From: Octopus vulgaris
Taxonomy: Eukaryota
Assembly (NCBI GenBank): GCA_951406725.2
Contig: OX597835.1
Span: forward strand, 49,662,001-49,726,000
Length of the DNA: 64,000 bases
Direction of reading: 5' to 3'
The position numbers and the translations under genes are program-made. The notes under the pieces were generated by a model that made no database searches, was not told the origin of the DNA, and saw nothing but the letters and a program-made list of their open reading frames with translations. Positions 26,968 to 40,061 of the stretch are shown piece by piece; within the stretch, counting starts at the first letter, position 1, and each line of letters begins with the position of its first letter.

Positions 26968-27052
26968 ACATGCATACGTATATACGAGGAAAATGTATCT
27001 TAAATATGATAAGCAGTTAAGATACATTTTCCTCGTATATGCGGATGCATGT
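26968..27052. repeat. Near-perfect 36-bp inverted repeat with 13-nt loop
   Basis: acatgcatacgtatatacgaggaaaatgtatcttaa pairs with ttaagatacattttcctcgtatatgcggatgcatgt. Confidence 0.9.
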
Positions 27053-27058
27053 GTGTAC

Positions 27059-27117
<59 letters not shown>

Positions 27118-27184
27118 TATATATATATATACACACGCGCGCGCACATACACATACATACGCACGTGTGTGTGTGTACGTGTCT

Positions 27185-27395
27185 GTATGTTTCGGTTTCC
27201 CAGTCAACTGTGCAACGGTATTGGTTTGTTTACGGCCCTATAACTTTGCGTTTCAGTAAAGAGACAAGAGGTGGGGGGAAATAAATAGACTTACTACAGT
27301 TATTGGGAATCTCGGTTTATTCGACTCAAACCGTGAGGCGTTGCCCCAGCATGGCCGCAGTCCAAAGCCTGAAGCATGTAACAGAATAAAAGAAA
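27185..27395 (+). mobile_element. SINE family B 3' part
   Basis: gtttacggccc…aaagagac…gccccagcatggccgcagtccaa…aataaaaga. Confidence 0.7.
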
Positions 27396-27797
27396 TAAAT
27401 GAATAATAGAAAAAAAAACAACCACAGCAACAACTGCAACCGCTAGAAACCATCAACGATTGTCTAACTATCAAAGTTAAGTTGTTTCATCTTTGCAGCA
27501 ATGCCAGTTGGTTGTCATACTCCACAAAAATGGCGAATGAAATGTTTGACAATAAGAAAGCAGGACGCTCTGACAAAAGCAGAAAAAAAAAATTGAACAA
27601 AAATAGAGAAAAAACAAAACGTAAAAGTTAGGAAACAAATATATTGTAAGATGGCCGCCATCTTGCTTCTCTCTTTGAGATTTGCTTGTTGTTCCGTTGG
27701 AGTTGCTTGTAAGACACGGTGGAAGGATGAAGGAAGCAATGGGAAAGGGGGAGAGGAGATGAAATGGGGTGTAGGGGTATAGAGAGGACAGAATGAC

Positions 27798-27831
<34 letters not shown>

Positions 27832-28403
27832 GGTAATACCGTATTTGATTGATAAAAAGAAACGTAAAGAGGGAAGTGATGATGATGACGACGACGAGGA
27901 GGAGGAGGAGGCGGGGGGGGGCAAGAAGAAGAAGAAGAAGACGAAATAAAAGAGGGTGAGGAGGAGGGGAAGGAGGAGGTGGACGACGACGAAGACGATA
28001 GCCATGATGATAAGGAGGATTGCAACGGTGCACGTTCCTGGTGGTGGTGGTGGTGATGATGATGATGATGATGACGGACAACGACGATGATTATGACGAT
28101 GATGATGAATGACAAATTTCCTAACATGTTACAAGACAGATAACCACACAACTATACACGTTAACACTGCGCACATGAACACGATGATTAATATCATGAC
28201 AGTGGCGGTGGTATTGATGATGATGATGATGATGATCATCATCATCATCATCATCATCATCATACTGGGTGTTCTGGTGACGATAATCATCGTCACCATC
28301 ATCATCATCCTCCCCATTGTCATCATCACTATCGTCATCATTATTATGATCATGACAGCGACAGCTTCGACAAGGACCACTACAATAGTAGAAAATAATG
28401 TCG

Positions 28404-28451
<48 letters not shown>

Positions 28452-28515
28452 GGGCGAAAGCGAAGAAGCGTACGAGGTTTGCGAATGATAATAATGACAC
28501 TGACAACTGCAGTTC

Positions 28516-28650
28516 ACACATAAACATACATATACACGCGTACGCACACGCACACACACACATAAGCATACATATACACGCGTACGCACACGCACACACA
28601 CACATAAACATACATATACACGCATATGCGTGCGCGCGCACACACACACA
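28516..28650. repeat. About 42-bp minisatellite, 3 copies (cacataaacatacatatacacgcgtacgcacacgcacacaca)
   Basis: Directly visible. Confidence 0.85.
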
Positions 28651-29032
28651 CACACAAACAAAAGCACAAACAATTACAATAAGGAAAAAAATATCCTGAA
28701 TGAATGACTGAATGGATGAATAAGGGAATAAAGGAATTAAAGGAAAAATATCGAATATAGAAAGGGGGGGATGGGTGGGAGGGTGAGAGGGAAAAAATAT
28801 GGCGAATTGTTAAAAAGATGTTGAAAAAAGGAATAGATAAAAATATAAATATGATTTTGAAAATTTTCTTTGATGAAACACTGTGACAACAACAACAACA
28901 ACAACATATTGTGGCAATGGCAGAAGAGATACAACAACAAACATAATAAATGATAAAGCAAATCCGGCAGTAAAAGCATATAACAATAATACAACAACAA
29001 CTACTCACGACAATTACAACAATAACGAAAAT

Positions 29033-29064
<32 letters not shown>

Positions 29065-30875
29065 ACATAAAAATATTTGTAAGAGCGGCAAGAACAACAG
29101 CAATGGCAGCAGCTAGTTGTTATAGTAGTCATCATCATCATCATCACCATCATAATTATCGTCGTCATCATCATCGTCACCGTGTCATCCTTACTTTTGT
29201 CAGCATTATGATCATCATCGTCGCCATCATCATCATCATCCTAATCATCATTATCCTCATTAGTACCGTCATCATAGTCGTCATCGTCGTTGCCATGATC
29301 CACAATAAATTCAACAATAATAATATTGAATTTAGTATCAATAATCATAAAGATTTCTTGTTTATTATTATTAATGTTGTTGTTGCTGCTGCTGCTGCTG
29401 CTGCTATGCTTTGGCATGAACGGACGTGTTTTCAGATTGCTCCAAGAAAATTGAATTATTACCAAGGCTTACCGAGCGAAAATCCTTCTGAATTATTATA
29501 TAAATGGGTGGAGGCGGCTCCTCAATGTGTAGAAGTTTAGCCCCAATTCCTTCTGTAAACAAAGCAATGTTCTGTTCCTAGACATGCCATAACTCTATTT
29601 CTTGTGCGTTTACATTCCTCTCAATACGGCTCTTCATTTGAGAGAAACGAAAAACTCCCCACTCCCACTTTCCACCCCGAAATAAGTAGTAAAAATGACC
29701 AAACGACTCAGAATACAAATAACACTAAAAAAATACACGCAACGAATTTAGTAAACAGAGGCATACGCACTGTAAATTTAGAAATACTGTGGCAATGGTA
29801 TGTCACAAAAACAAGTGATTCTTTGCCTGAAGGATTCGTCCGAGAAAGGGGAGGGGGAATAAAACTTATCTCTCTTTCGCTAACGTAGGAGAGGTTTGAC
29901 AAGTGTCCTGAAAAAGTACATGGAGTAAGTCCTGAGTGATGGATGGATTCCAATTGCTTCTGTTGATCGGGACAGGGCGGGCGTATAGAAGTGTGTGCCT
30001 GCTCGTCGGAGCTGATGGTGAAACAGGCGATGAAGCAGACCTGCGTCCCTAACTTAGCAATAAAGTACATCACAGGAGTACGTAACAGGATGGAACTCGC
30101 AATATATTACAGGATAAAATTCGAGTGCAATGCCCCTTGGCTTGACGCCTTTGAGGACTAGACAAGTACTCAACACTGGTGCACAACATGTGCTATAAAC
30201 ATATAGTAGACATGACAATAAAAGAAAAACACCCGTACATAGAAAAAGCATCTATTTTTCAGACAGACACAGAAGACGTATATATACATAAACAATGGAC
30301 ATGTGGATACGAAATTATACATGAATGCAACTATGCATATATAGACACACGCACGCTCATATAGATAGATAGACAGACAGACAGATAGACAGACAGGCAG
30401 ACAGACAGACAGGCAGACAGACAGACAGGCAGATAGATAGATAGATGTACGTATATATGTGTCTGTATGTATACACACATATATATATATACACACACAT
30501 ATATGTATACGCACTTATATACACATGCACACATATGCAATATAATCATACGCGCAAAATTTAGAAAGAAAAGCAATATGTACGTGAGGAAAAAAAATCT
30601 CAATTTATACAGATAACAGGAAAAACAGTCGCTCACATAGAAATGTGCATATAAGCATACATACATAAAGATGTGTGGGTGTGTGTGTGTGTGTAGCAAA
30701 CCTGATATTGCTTTGCTTCTAACCTCGCCCAACCGTATCATAGGACTGATAAAACAAAGTATCATGAAATGTAGGCAAATTTCACAGATGATCCTCCGAC
30801 GCCGACGTTCCGCTCATACATGCATAAATACATATATACATACGTATACATGTGTATACATGTAAGTTTGTGTAC

Positions 30876-30916
<41 letters not shown>

Positions 30917-31225
30917 ATACAGAAGTTGTGTGTGTATGTACGCGCACATTCATATATATGTATGTCTTAGTTTTACATTTTCTTAGAAAAAAATTAAAAT
31001 GTCCGATTGAATGTATTTGGGAGAGAGTTGAACAACAGAATGTTTGTCTAAGTGCTCTTGCATTTTTTTCATCCTTTTTCAAATTTTCGTTTGCTGTATT
31101 TGCAATTTTTATCGTTGTTGATATGTTGCTTTTTTGTTCCTTTATTTGTTGTTTTTATTGTTTTTATAAACTAAAACGATTAACAGTACAATTCTTATAC
31201 ATTATATATAAATATATATACATAC

Positions 31226-31256
<31 letters not shown>

Positions 31257-31318
31257 TATATATATATATAAATACATATATATATGTGTGTGTGTATGTA
31301 TGTATATATGTATATATA

Positions 31319-31350
<32 letters not shown>

Positions 31351-32102
31351 CGTGTGTGTACTCACATGTATTTTTGTATAAAAGATATACAAAAATACAT
31401 ATATATATATATGTATGTATGTATGTATTTTTGTATATGTGTTTTATATGTGATTTTATAACTGCAAATACATGTATGTATGGTCTATTCGGTAACCATG
31501 TAAATATACACGCGCTCATACGTCTAATGCACACACATACACATATGCATGCACATGCATACGTATATACATATATACATATATATATATATATACAAGG
31601 GCATGCGTGTTTGTATATCTAGATATGATTTTTACTGCATGCATTTTTTCAATCAGTTAATTTCACTTTAATATATGTTTTAAACATTTTGTAGTTATTT
31701 TGTGGAATTTTACACATTTCAAATGGTTTTCCTATGAGTTGTTACCTTAAAAAAATATTCGAAATTATGCAGAGATGAAACTAAAAGAAATCTATAGCAA
31801 TATATTTGTATGTGTGTATATTTCAGTTGTTTTGAAAGTTGTTGCTGTTCTTGTATTGTTGCTTTGTGCCTGATCAAAGCCGTGATTGACGAAACTTGCG
31901 ATCAAAGACAATCCAGCTGTGGTCTCTCCATCGGCTACTGAAGCATATTTATGTATTCTGAAGAATAGTTTTCAACATGTCTGCTTCTTTTCATTTGTAT
32001 TTTAAGAGTGAAAAATGCGGTTTCACTGACTGAAACAAGTACCAGATAAGGATAAAAGACGAAGACCCATCACTCAATATCCTTCTTCATCTGAGGAATT
32101 TC

Positions 32103-32280
32103 AGGCATCCGTTGGAGCTGCAAATCCCTGGATCTCTGCCTTGGATCTGCACCCTGGATCTGTGTCCTGTTGACAACACAGTGTCTTCTGCGACAGTAAA
32201 GACCACTCGTGGGTGACAAGTCCCGGCTACAGTGACTGCACCACCTCAAGATGCTCTCTGTCTGGCCATATTGCTCCGGT
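32103..32280 (-). mobile_element. 3' end of an RTE-clade LINE (terminal zinc-knuckle-like motif plus short 3' UTR)
   Basis: Minus strand 32240-32178 reads CSHCSRD/CHPRV/GLYCRRRHC across small indels, matching the RTE terminal C..C.RDCHSR.GL.SH.R.C motif. It is followed by cagggtgcagatcca…cggatgcct. Confidence 0.6.
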
Positions 32281-32997
32281 GATAGTATAATGTGGAATTT
32301 CTTACTTTTCAACAGAAAGCCTCAGTCTGTCTTTTCATACTTTTAAAGACGAAACAAGAGGTGCGTCTGCTTCGCAGAGAAATATCAATAAATAAATGAA
32401 TAAATACACGAATAAATAAATACGAGATTATGGATTGTTAACATTGTTACCCGGGGGATTTTCCAATCCCCGCCCGCTTCAGTCTACCGCCATGAAATTG
32501 CTAATAATAACAATATTCCGCTAATTACAGAGATAAACAAACATTAAAGTATTAGATTCAATTAATTTTAAATTTAAATTTCAGTTTTAAATTTAAACCA
32601 GGATTAAACGGAGAAGACAGATTCAATAAATTGAATAGAAATTTAAACAGTCAGAGCGAAGACGAAATTCACGCTTACAGTTTCTCATTTATATCTCCAT
32701 TGTATATCTGTTGTGTATGTATAATCGTGTGTGCGCATATGTAATGTGAGAGAGAGAGAGAGAGCTTACACATACACACCCATACACATACACACGCGTA
32801 CGGACACACACACAAACTCACACATACATACGCACGCACGCACATTTTGATATTTGCAAGGGAAGGGTTGACGTTCTGTTCCTGTCATCAGCCGAAACTT
32901 CGAAGTCACTCTTTCCTTGTAAATATATGTGGGTGTGTCTGTGTGTGTCTGTGTAAATCTGCATATGTGTATGTGTGTGTGATTATATATACATACA

Positions 32998-33051
<54 letters not shown>

Positions 33052-33290
33052 CACACACATACATATTAGTTTATCAGCCAGGAGCACATCTGATAAGCTA
33101 GATTCCTTGGTTGTTTTTGCATTCGCTGGGGCATGCTTGACTACATACTAAAACTGTTGGGCAAGTTCCTTATCTCTTCGCAAATCTACTGATTTCTCTA
33201 TTAAAATTTATCAGTTTTATTACAGCTATTATAATTATAAATATTATCTTCATTACTATTGTTGTTGTAAGAGTTGCTTACTACAACTAC

Positions 33291-33398
<108 letters not shown>

Positions 33399-33399
33399 A

Positions 33400-33552
33400 T
33401 AAGTTAGCGATCTGACAAAACCGCTAGCGGCGTGTTTGTCTTTCGTCCTTTCGAGATCGATAAAATAAGTACCAGTTCCATACCGGGGTCACTACAATGG
33501 ACTTGCCCCTCCCTTCAAAAATTGCTGCCTCTTTGCTCAAATTTGAAACCAT
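33400..33552 (+). mobile_element. SINE family A, internally deleted copy after (ATT)n
   Basis: gtctttcgtcctttcgagatcgataaaataagtaccag…aatttgaaacc. Confidence 0.75.
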
Positions 33553-33633
33553 TTTTATTATTTCCACAATTTAATCTTAACATTGTAATTATTTCAACAT
33601 ATTTTTTCAATATAAATATCATTTAGTTACCAT

Positions 33634-33679
<46 letters not shown>

Positions 33680-33680
33680 A

Positions 33681-33723
<43 letters not shown>

Positions 33724-34091
33724 TCTCTCTCTCTCTCATTCTCTCCCTCTCTCTGGTTAATTCCCTTTACCATTTCTCTGTTTCTCACTTCTTCTCACCC
33801 ACTCCCCCTTCCTTCTGTTTTCTCCCGTCTCTCTCTCTCCCCCTCATTTCCCGCCGCCTTCCACCACCCCTTTGCCCTTCCTCCACCCTCACCCCACACA
33901 GTGTGATGTCTGAGTTTACTTTCAAAACCACTTATCAGATAATTTTGATAATCAATCTGCAATTCTGAGAAGTATTACCTCTTGATGAAATCTAATTTAA
34001 TGCCTCACAGCAGCTGATATTCCATGCAATACATAAGCACACACACACATCTACACACATATACTTATGAGCATGTGCCCCTGCCCCCCTC

Positions 34092-34122
<31 letters not shown>

Positions 34123-34171
34123 TTATATATATATATATATATACACACATTCATATATATATACATACACA

Positions 34172-34217
<46 letters not shown>

Positions 34218-34242
34218 CACATATATATATACATACACATTC

Positions 34243-34277
<35 letters not shown>

Positions 34278-34297
34278 TTCATATATACATACACATT

Positions 34298-34329
<32 letters not shown>

Positions 34330-34369
34330 GACGCATTCATATATATATATATATATATATACATGGATG

Positions 34370-34403
<34 letters not shown>

Positions 34404-34436
34404 CACACATTCATATATATATATATATACATTTTC

Positions 34437-34475
<39 letters not shown>

Positions 34476-34951
34476 GTACAGTCAGGAGGTACATAATTTC
34501 ATGTGTATATCCATACATATATATGTATGGATAAATACAAGTTTATATATATATTTCGTGAATGTTTGCATATCTTCAATTCTTCTTTCTTTCTGTCTCA
34601 CACGCACACATATACACACACACTCACGCACGCACATATACACTCGCGCATATCTAAGCAAGTACACATGTGTGTATGTATGTACACACACGCGCATATA
34701 TAACATATACACACACACACATATATACACATACATACTTACATACACAAAAATTGTCTATATAACACAGAATTGCATTAGCAGTAATACTCAAGCTTCA
34801 TATATTCACTATATAATATTTGCTGAAATTATACACACCTATATACACATGTATAGCACCTGCTGTGTGTTTAAGTAGATTTGTCTGTGCAGTAATCGAG
34901 AACAACACCTGAGTACAAATATATACACATACACGCACACATATACGTATG

Positions 34952-35004
<53 letters not shown>

Positions 35005-35380
35005 GACAGATAGATGTGTATGTATATATATATATACATATATATATGTATATACACAGATACCTGCCCATATACATGTATGTCATATATCTATCAATAT
35101 ACTTATACGTAAAGAACACATACACACGCACTTAAATTTTGCGTGTGTGTGTGTGTATTGTATGTATGTATATATGTATGTATGTATATTTTTGTCAGCA
35201 GATAGCAGTACGAGTATGTAGAATGTTGAATGTGTGAGAGCAAAGGTGTATATTGTTGGCTGTATGTTCATGTGTATCCGTAGTTATCTGTATATAGCTT
35301 TGTGTGTGTATATATATTTGTGTATGTTCTCCTATTGCTCTGCAAATGTGTGCATGCCTGTATGCGTTCGCATATTGTTG

Positions 35381-35429
<49 letters not shown>

Positions 35430-35796
35430 TGTTATGTGACTGCCTGTGTTTCTCTATGTGCATGCATATCTATATGTGTGTATATCTATGTATGTGTATT
35501 TATGTATTGCTATGTATGTATAAATGTGCGATAATATGTTTGCAAAGGCAAACATTGCTTTAATCAGGATCCAGTGGACCGGTGAGTGCTTAGGGTTAGG
35601 GTCCGAGGAAGAGGAGGAGGAGGAGACAGAGAGAGGGAGAGTGGGAGGAAAGAAAGGGAGGTGCAGTGAGAGCTAGGCTGTCACATTGACAACAGGATGA
35701 CAGTGACAAATGTGCGTTCGAGTCCATGTATGTTTTAATGAGAAGAGCTTTGCAACGATGTATATTTAAATGCATGCATGCCTCTGTGTGTGTACG

Positions 35797-35859
<63 letters not shown>

Positions 35860-36494
35860 CTCTCTATATATATATGTGTGTGTTTGTGTGTCTATATATA
35901 TATATATATGTCCTATACATTACAGGCACACACACATACACATATATATAAGTAACACACATACACATATACATATCTATTATCTTTCAATATATAAAGA
36001 TATATGTGTATGTATATATATATGCAAACGCATAAACACACACACACACCGATGCAGAGAGAGAGAGAGAGAGAGAAGCAGCAGAGCAGCGCAGGTGGAG
36101 TTTGAGTATATGACAGTAAATTGAGGTCTGGAAAGACTGACAGTGAGACAGACAGACAGACAGAAGACACCAGATGGGTGTGGGGCATGCGCCGTCACGC
36201 TTGTATTGCTTAAGTAAATGTAGCTATAACTCTGCCGTATCGTACGCTCTTCCAACAGTAAAGTAAATATATCTCTCTTCAAAGACTGCTATCTCTGTCT
36301 GTCAGTCCGTCTGTCCGTCTGTGTGTCTGACTGTCTATCTGTCAGTGTGTCTGACTGTCTGCGTGTCGGTGTTCCTTGTTGTATGTCTGTGTGTCTGGCC
36401 GCCATCTTATCTGATTTGCTTACAACGCTGAGCTGCACAATCTCGAATGAATATAAGCATGTTAAAATGCTTCACCATATGACGACCGAGCCCA

Positions 36495-36548
<54 letters not shown>

Positions 36549-36874
36549 ATAGGTGTATTTAGGTTAAACTATATGTGTCTATGCAATTTTGTATATGTAT
36601 ATGTATGGATATATATATGTGTGTGTATGTGTGTATAAGGAAAAAGGCGTAGTGAGATATGCACACTCATGTGTGAGAGAGTGAGAGTGAGAGAGGGAGA
36701 GAGGGAGAACGTTTTCTAAATAAACTTTTAAGCGCCAAGTGAATCGGTATTCGACAGAAACTAAAAGATTTCTCGAATGCAGGATGGCAGTGAAGACAGC
36801 TTTAAAAATCCAAGACTGAAGAAAGTGGCCAGCAAGCCTCTATAGAGATTCGAGCTTTGTGCCCTTCAAATTCC

Positions 36875-36908
<34 letters not shown>

Positions 36909-37318
36909 GTGTGTGTGTGCTCCCCCCCACGCACGTTTCTTATTCCCTTTAAAACGTGTCCTTTAGCATCCTGTTCGTTTGTCATTTCTAACTTTTGTCT
37001 TTTGTCTTTCAAAATGAGACAATTACTCACCACGGCCTTCCTACAAACCGATGCTATTAATGGCTCCTAAAAAATCGTTGCCTAACCTAGATGTGTACCC
37101 GAAAAGAATGTGTGTGTGTGTCTGTAAATGTAAATATATAAACAACACACACACACACATATATATATATGTATTTATATATATATATATATATGTATTT
37201 ATATATATATATATATTTTACTACTACTAATATAGGATGAAGTTTTTTTCTACAGAAAAAAATTCCATCAAAAAATGTGGCAGCATATTAAAATATCTTT
37301 ACGGTTAAAATTATAAAC

Positions 37319-37621
37319 AACTTATAAGTAAGGGCTAAAGAAAATTACTTCAATGCCAATATGCTGATAACAGACTATTAAATCGTCAATTTCCACATAT
37401 TATTTACTCGCTACAGAAAAAAAAACGAAGAACTGAAATCGGGCAAGCCGGCCGGTTGAAATAACGAACTTTTTAAAAAAATTCTATCGGCCGGCTTGCC
37501 CGATTTCAGTTCTTCGTTTTTTTCTGTACCGAGTAAATAGTATGTGGAAATTGACGATTTAATAGTCTGTTATCAGCATATTGGCATTGAAATAATTTTC
37601 TTTAGCCCTTATTTATAAGTT
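37319..37621. repeat. About 135-bp near-perfect inverted repeat with 33-nt spacer
   Basis: Arms 37319-37454 and 37488-37621 have only a handful of mismatches. Confidence 0.95.
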
Positions 37622-37635
37622 AAATATATATATAA

Positions 37636-38238
37636 GCCTTCAACATCATCACCCAAAACCTTCCCATCCTCACAGCAGACAAAACAATGAACGTAATTTT
37701 AAGCTCATATAAAATTATAAAAAGCAAAAAGCAACCGAAGTCACTGAAAAGAATATTAACCAGCTCTAGACTTTACCCACTAACTACTGAGCCAAAAGTG
37801 ACAAAATGTGGACGTACTAACTGTGGAACATGCCACCACCTTCTGGAGGGTTCAGAATTTCACTTCAAACAAGGAGAAATATTTAAGATCAAATCAAATT
37901 TCACCTGCGCCTCAGTAAATGTAATCTATGTCATGACATGCATAGGATGTGGTAAACTCTATATTGGACAAACAGGAATTTCGCTCCGTCAAAGAACCAC
38001 CATTCACAAAGAGCAAATCCGTCACCCACAATACAGACAGTTAAAGGTGAGTGAACCCATAGAAAGATGTGCCAGGAACCTTAATCCCAATTTCCAAATC
38101 TTTCCCTTTTACCAATGCTCACAGAACACCACAATTCAACAAGGGTTGAATAAAGAGGCATTTTTCATCAACAAATTCCTCCCCCAACTAAATATGAACA
38201 CACAACTCAATACAGAACACCACTACCTCTTCAATTGA
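37636..38238 (+). mobile_element. 5'-truncated Penelope-like element: Cys-rich linker plus GIY-YIG endonuclease (Neptune-type), probably inactive
   Basis: Open frame AFNIITQNLPIL…KCGRTNCGTC…FTC…NVIYVMTCIGCGKLYIGQTG..LRQR..IHK…KEAFFI..F.PQLN. It has the PLE-type CxxC between the GIY and YIG halves. The second conserved His appears as Pro (VSEP). No RT domain lies upstream; the frame begins at a (TA)n tract. Confidence 0.9.
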
Positions 38239-38710
38239 AACCACTAAACCCTATACACTACCTACATCACTCACATCTCTAATTCCAGAACTACTTACCT
38301 CCCTTACAAATAATCTTTTTTCTCAGGAACTATTAGACCTGACACCGTATTGTTGTTCAAACGATGAATAGCCTTCGCGTAAACCATTAGTTCGTTTTGT
38401 TCTCTTACTTTATTATCATCTTATAATCATCTCATAATAATGACCTTTATGACTCGTATTACTACCTCAGTCAATCTTAATGTATATATTTGTCACTACC
38501 TGTCATAAATAGCCTTTTTCTATTTGCAATATGCATTTTCGTTGATTTTTCATATTTTACCCTTACATTTCCACGTGTATTTTATATTTTCTTTTCGTAA
38601 CATATTTCTACTATATATATATATATATATATAATTTTAATCCAAACGGGAAACAAAAAAACAACAACAATGGAACAATTACAGTATTATTATTAATATC
38701 GGAAATGGAA

Positions 38711-38747
<37 letters not shown>

Positions 38748-38787
38748 AATAAATGAAAGAATGGAGTTGAACGACGAATTAACAAAA

Positions 38788-38886
38788 TTCCTTTATTTTC
38801 GACATATGTTTCGAAGGCTGCATATTCCTAATTTCGAAGGAATAAGGGGTGCATTATGCCGCCTTCTCATCAGAAAAAACAAGGAA
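38788..38886 (-). ncRNA. Type I hammerhead ribozyme motif (Penelope pLTR type)
   Basis: Minus strand: ttccttgtttttt-CTGATGA-gaaggc…gccttc-GAAA-catatg-TC|gaaaataaaggaa. The core is intact and stems I and II pair. Stem III is minimal and palindromic (CATATG), with a GUC cleavage triplet at 38803-38801. Confidence 0.8.
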
Positions 38887-38950
38887 CCTATGTCAGCATC
38901 AAGATGCACAAAACTTTTAGATGACTGCCCACACGGAGCCCATAGCGATA

Positions 38951-38991
<41 letters not shown>

Positions 38992-39023
38992 GTGTGTGTG
39001 AGTGAGTGAGTGTGTGCGTTTGC

Positions 39024-39117
39024 GCGCGCGTGGCTGTGTGTGTGCGTGCAAGCGCGCGTGGCTGTGTGTGTGCGTGCAAGCGCGCGTGGCTGTGTGTGTG
39101 CGTGCAAGCGCGCGTGG
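39024..39117. repeat. 28-bp GC-rich minisatellite, about 3.3 copies (gcgcgcgtggctgtgtgtgtgcgtgcaa)
   Basis: Directly visible; the copies are identical. Confidence 0.92.
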
Positions 39118-39196
39118 AGAGTGAGAGGGGGAGGGAACGAAAAATATGCATATATGTGTGTGTATAGATAGATAGATAGATATTAATCAGCAGGCC

Positions 39197-39307
39197 TTGC
39201 AAAGTGACTCGAAGGTCGAGAGTTTCGTACTTTCGTACTAGTCTAACTTTTGATGAGTTTGATAAGTACCAATACGCGAAACTCTCGGCCCTTGTGTCAC
39301 TTTGCAA
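39197..39307. repeat. About 110-bp imperfect palindrome (MITE-like)
   Basis: ttgcaaagtgactcgaaggtcgagagtttcg pairs with cgaaactctcggcccttgtgtcactttgcaa, and weaker pairing continues toward the centre. Confidence 0.8.
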
Positions 39308-39494
39308 CTCTTGATGGCTAATAAAAAAAATGATCTGTTTTGAGATCTATTTTCTTGTTTGTTTCACCAAACACACACACATATAAATACAGGAAAACCA
39401 TATCTATCTGCTTATATGAATATACGCAGCGCGCAGTCAAGCATACACACAAGATACACATGCATGCATATGCACGCACGCAAGCACTTACACA

Positions 39495-39547
<53 letters not shown>

Positions 39548-40028
39548 TGGTGGAAGTAGGGCCAGCATTGTCCTCAGCTAACTTATTGTCCAACCTTCTA
39601 ATCCGCTCCTCTAACAGTTGTGTAAAACAGACATGTGTCAACTATGATCGTATTAAATACCCCGCTTCGAGAAACGGCAGCCATCTTTCATACATCGTAT
39701 TGAAGTCTGTACTGGCTTCACTGACAAGCTGCTTCCACTGTGGCGCTGTTTAGTTCTTTTACACAGAACATTCATATACATATATGAGTACGTGCACACA
39801 TACGTATACATATGCATATACATACATATATATATAATATATATATACATATGAATATACATACATATTACATATTTGTAGATAGATAGATAGATATACA
39901 AACATATTTGTACCTATAGATAGATAACTATATATAAACACACATATACATATTAACGTATGTTTATATATATATATACATATAATATGTGTGTGTATAT
40001 ACGTATATATAATATACATCCATACATG

Positions 40029-40061
<33 letters not shown>

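Noticed and set aside
35568-35581. Possible micro-exon cag|GATCCAGTGGACCG|gtgagt
   Set aside because: The donor is good, but the acceptor lacks a pyrimidine tract and 14 nt would shift the COE frame. It is unsupported without RNA data.
35590-35601. TTAGGGTTAGGG telomere-like motif
   Set aside because: Only two units, which is expected by chance.
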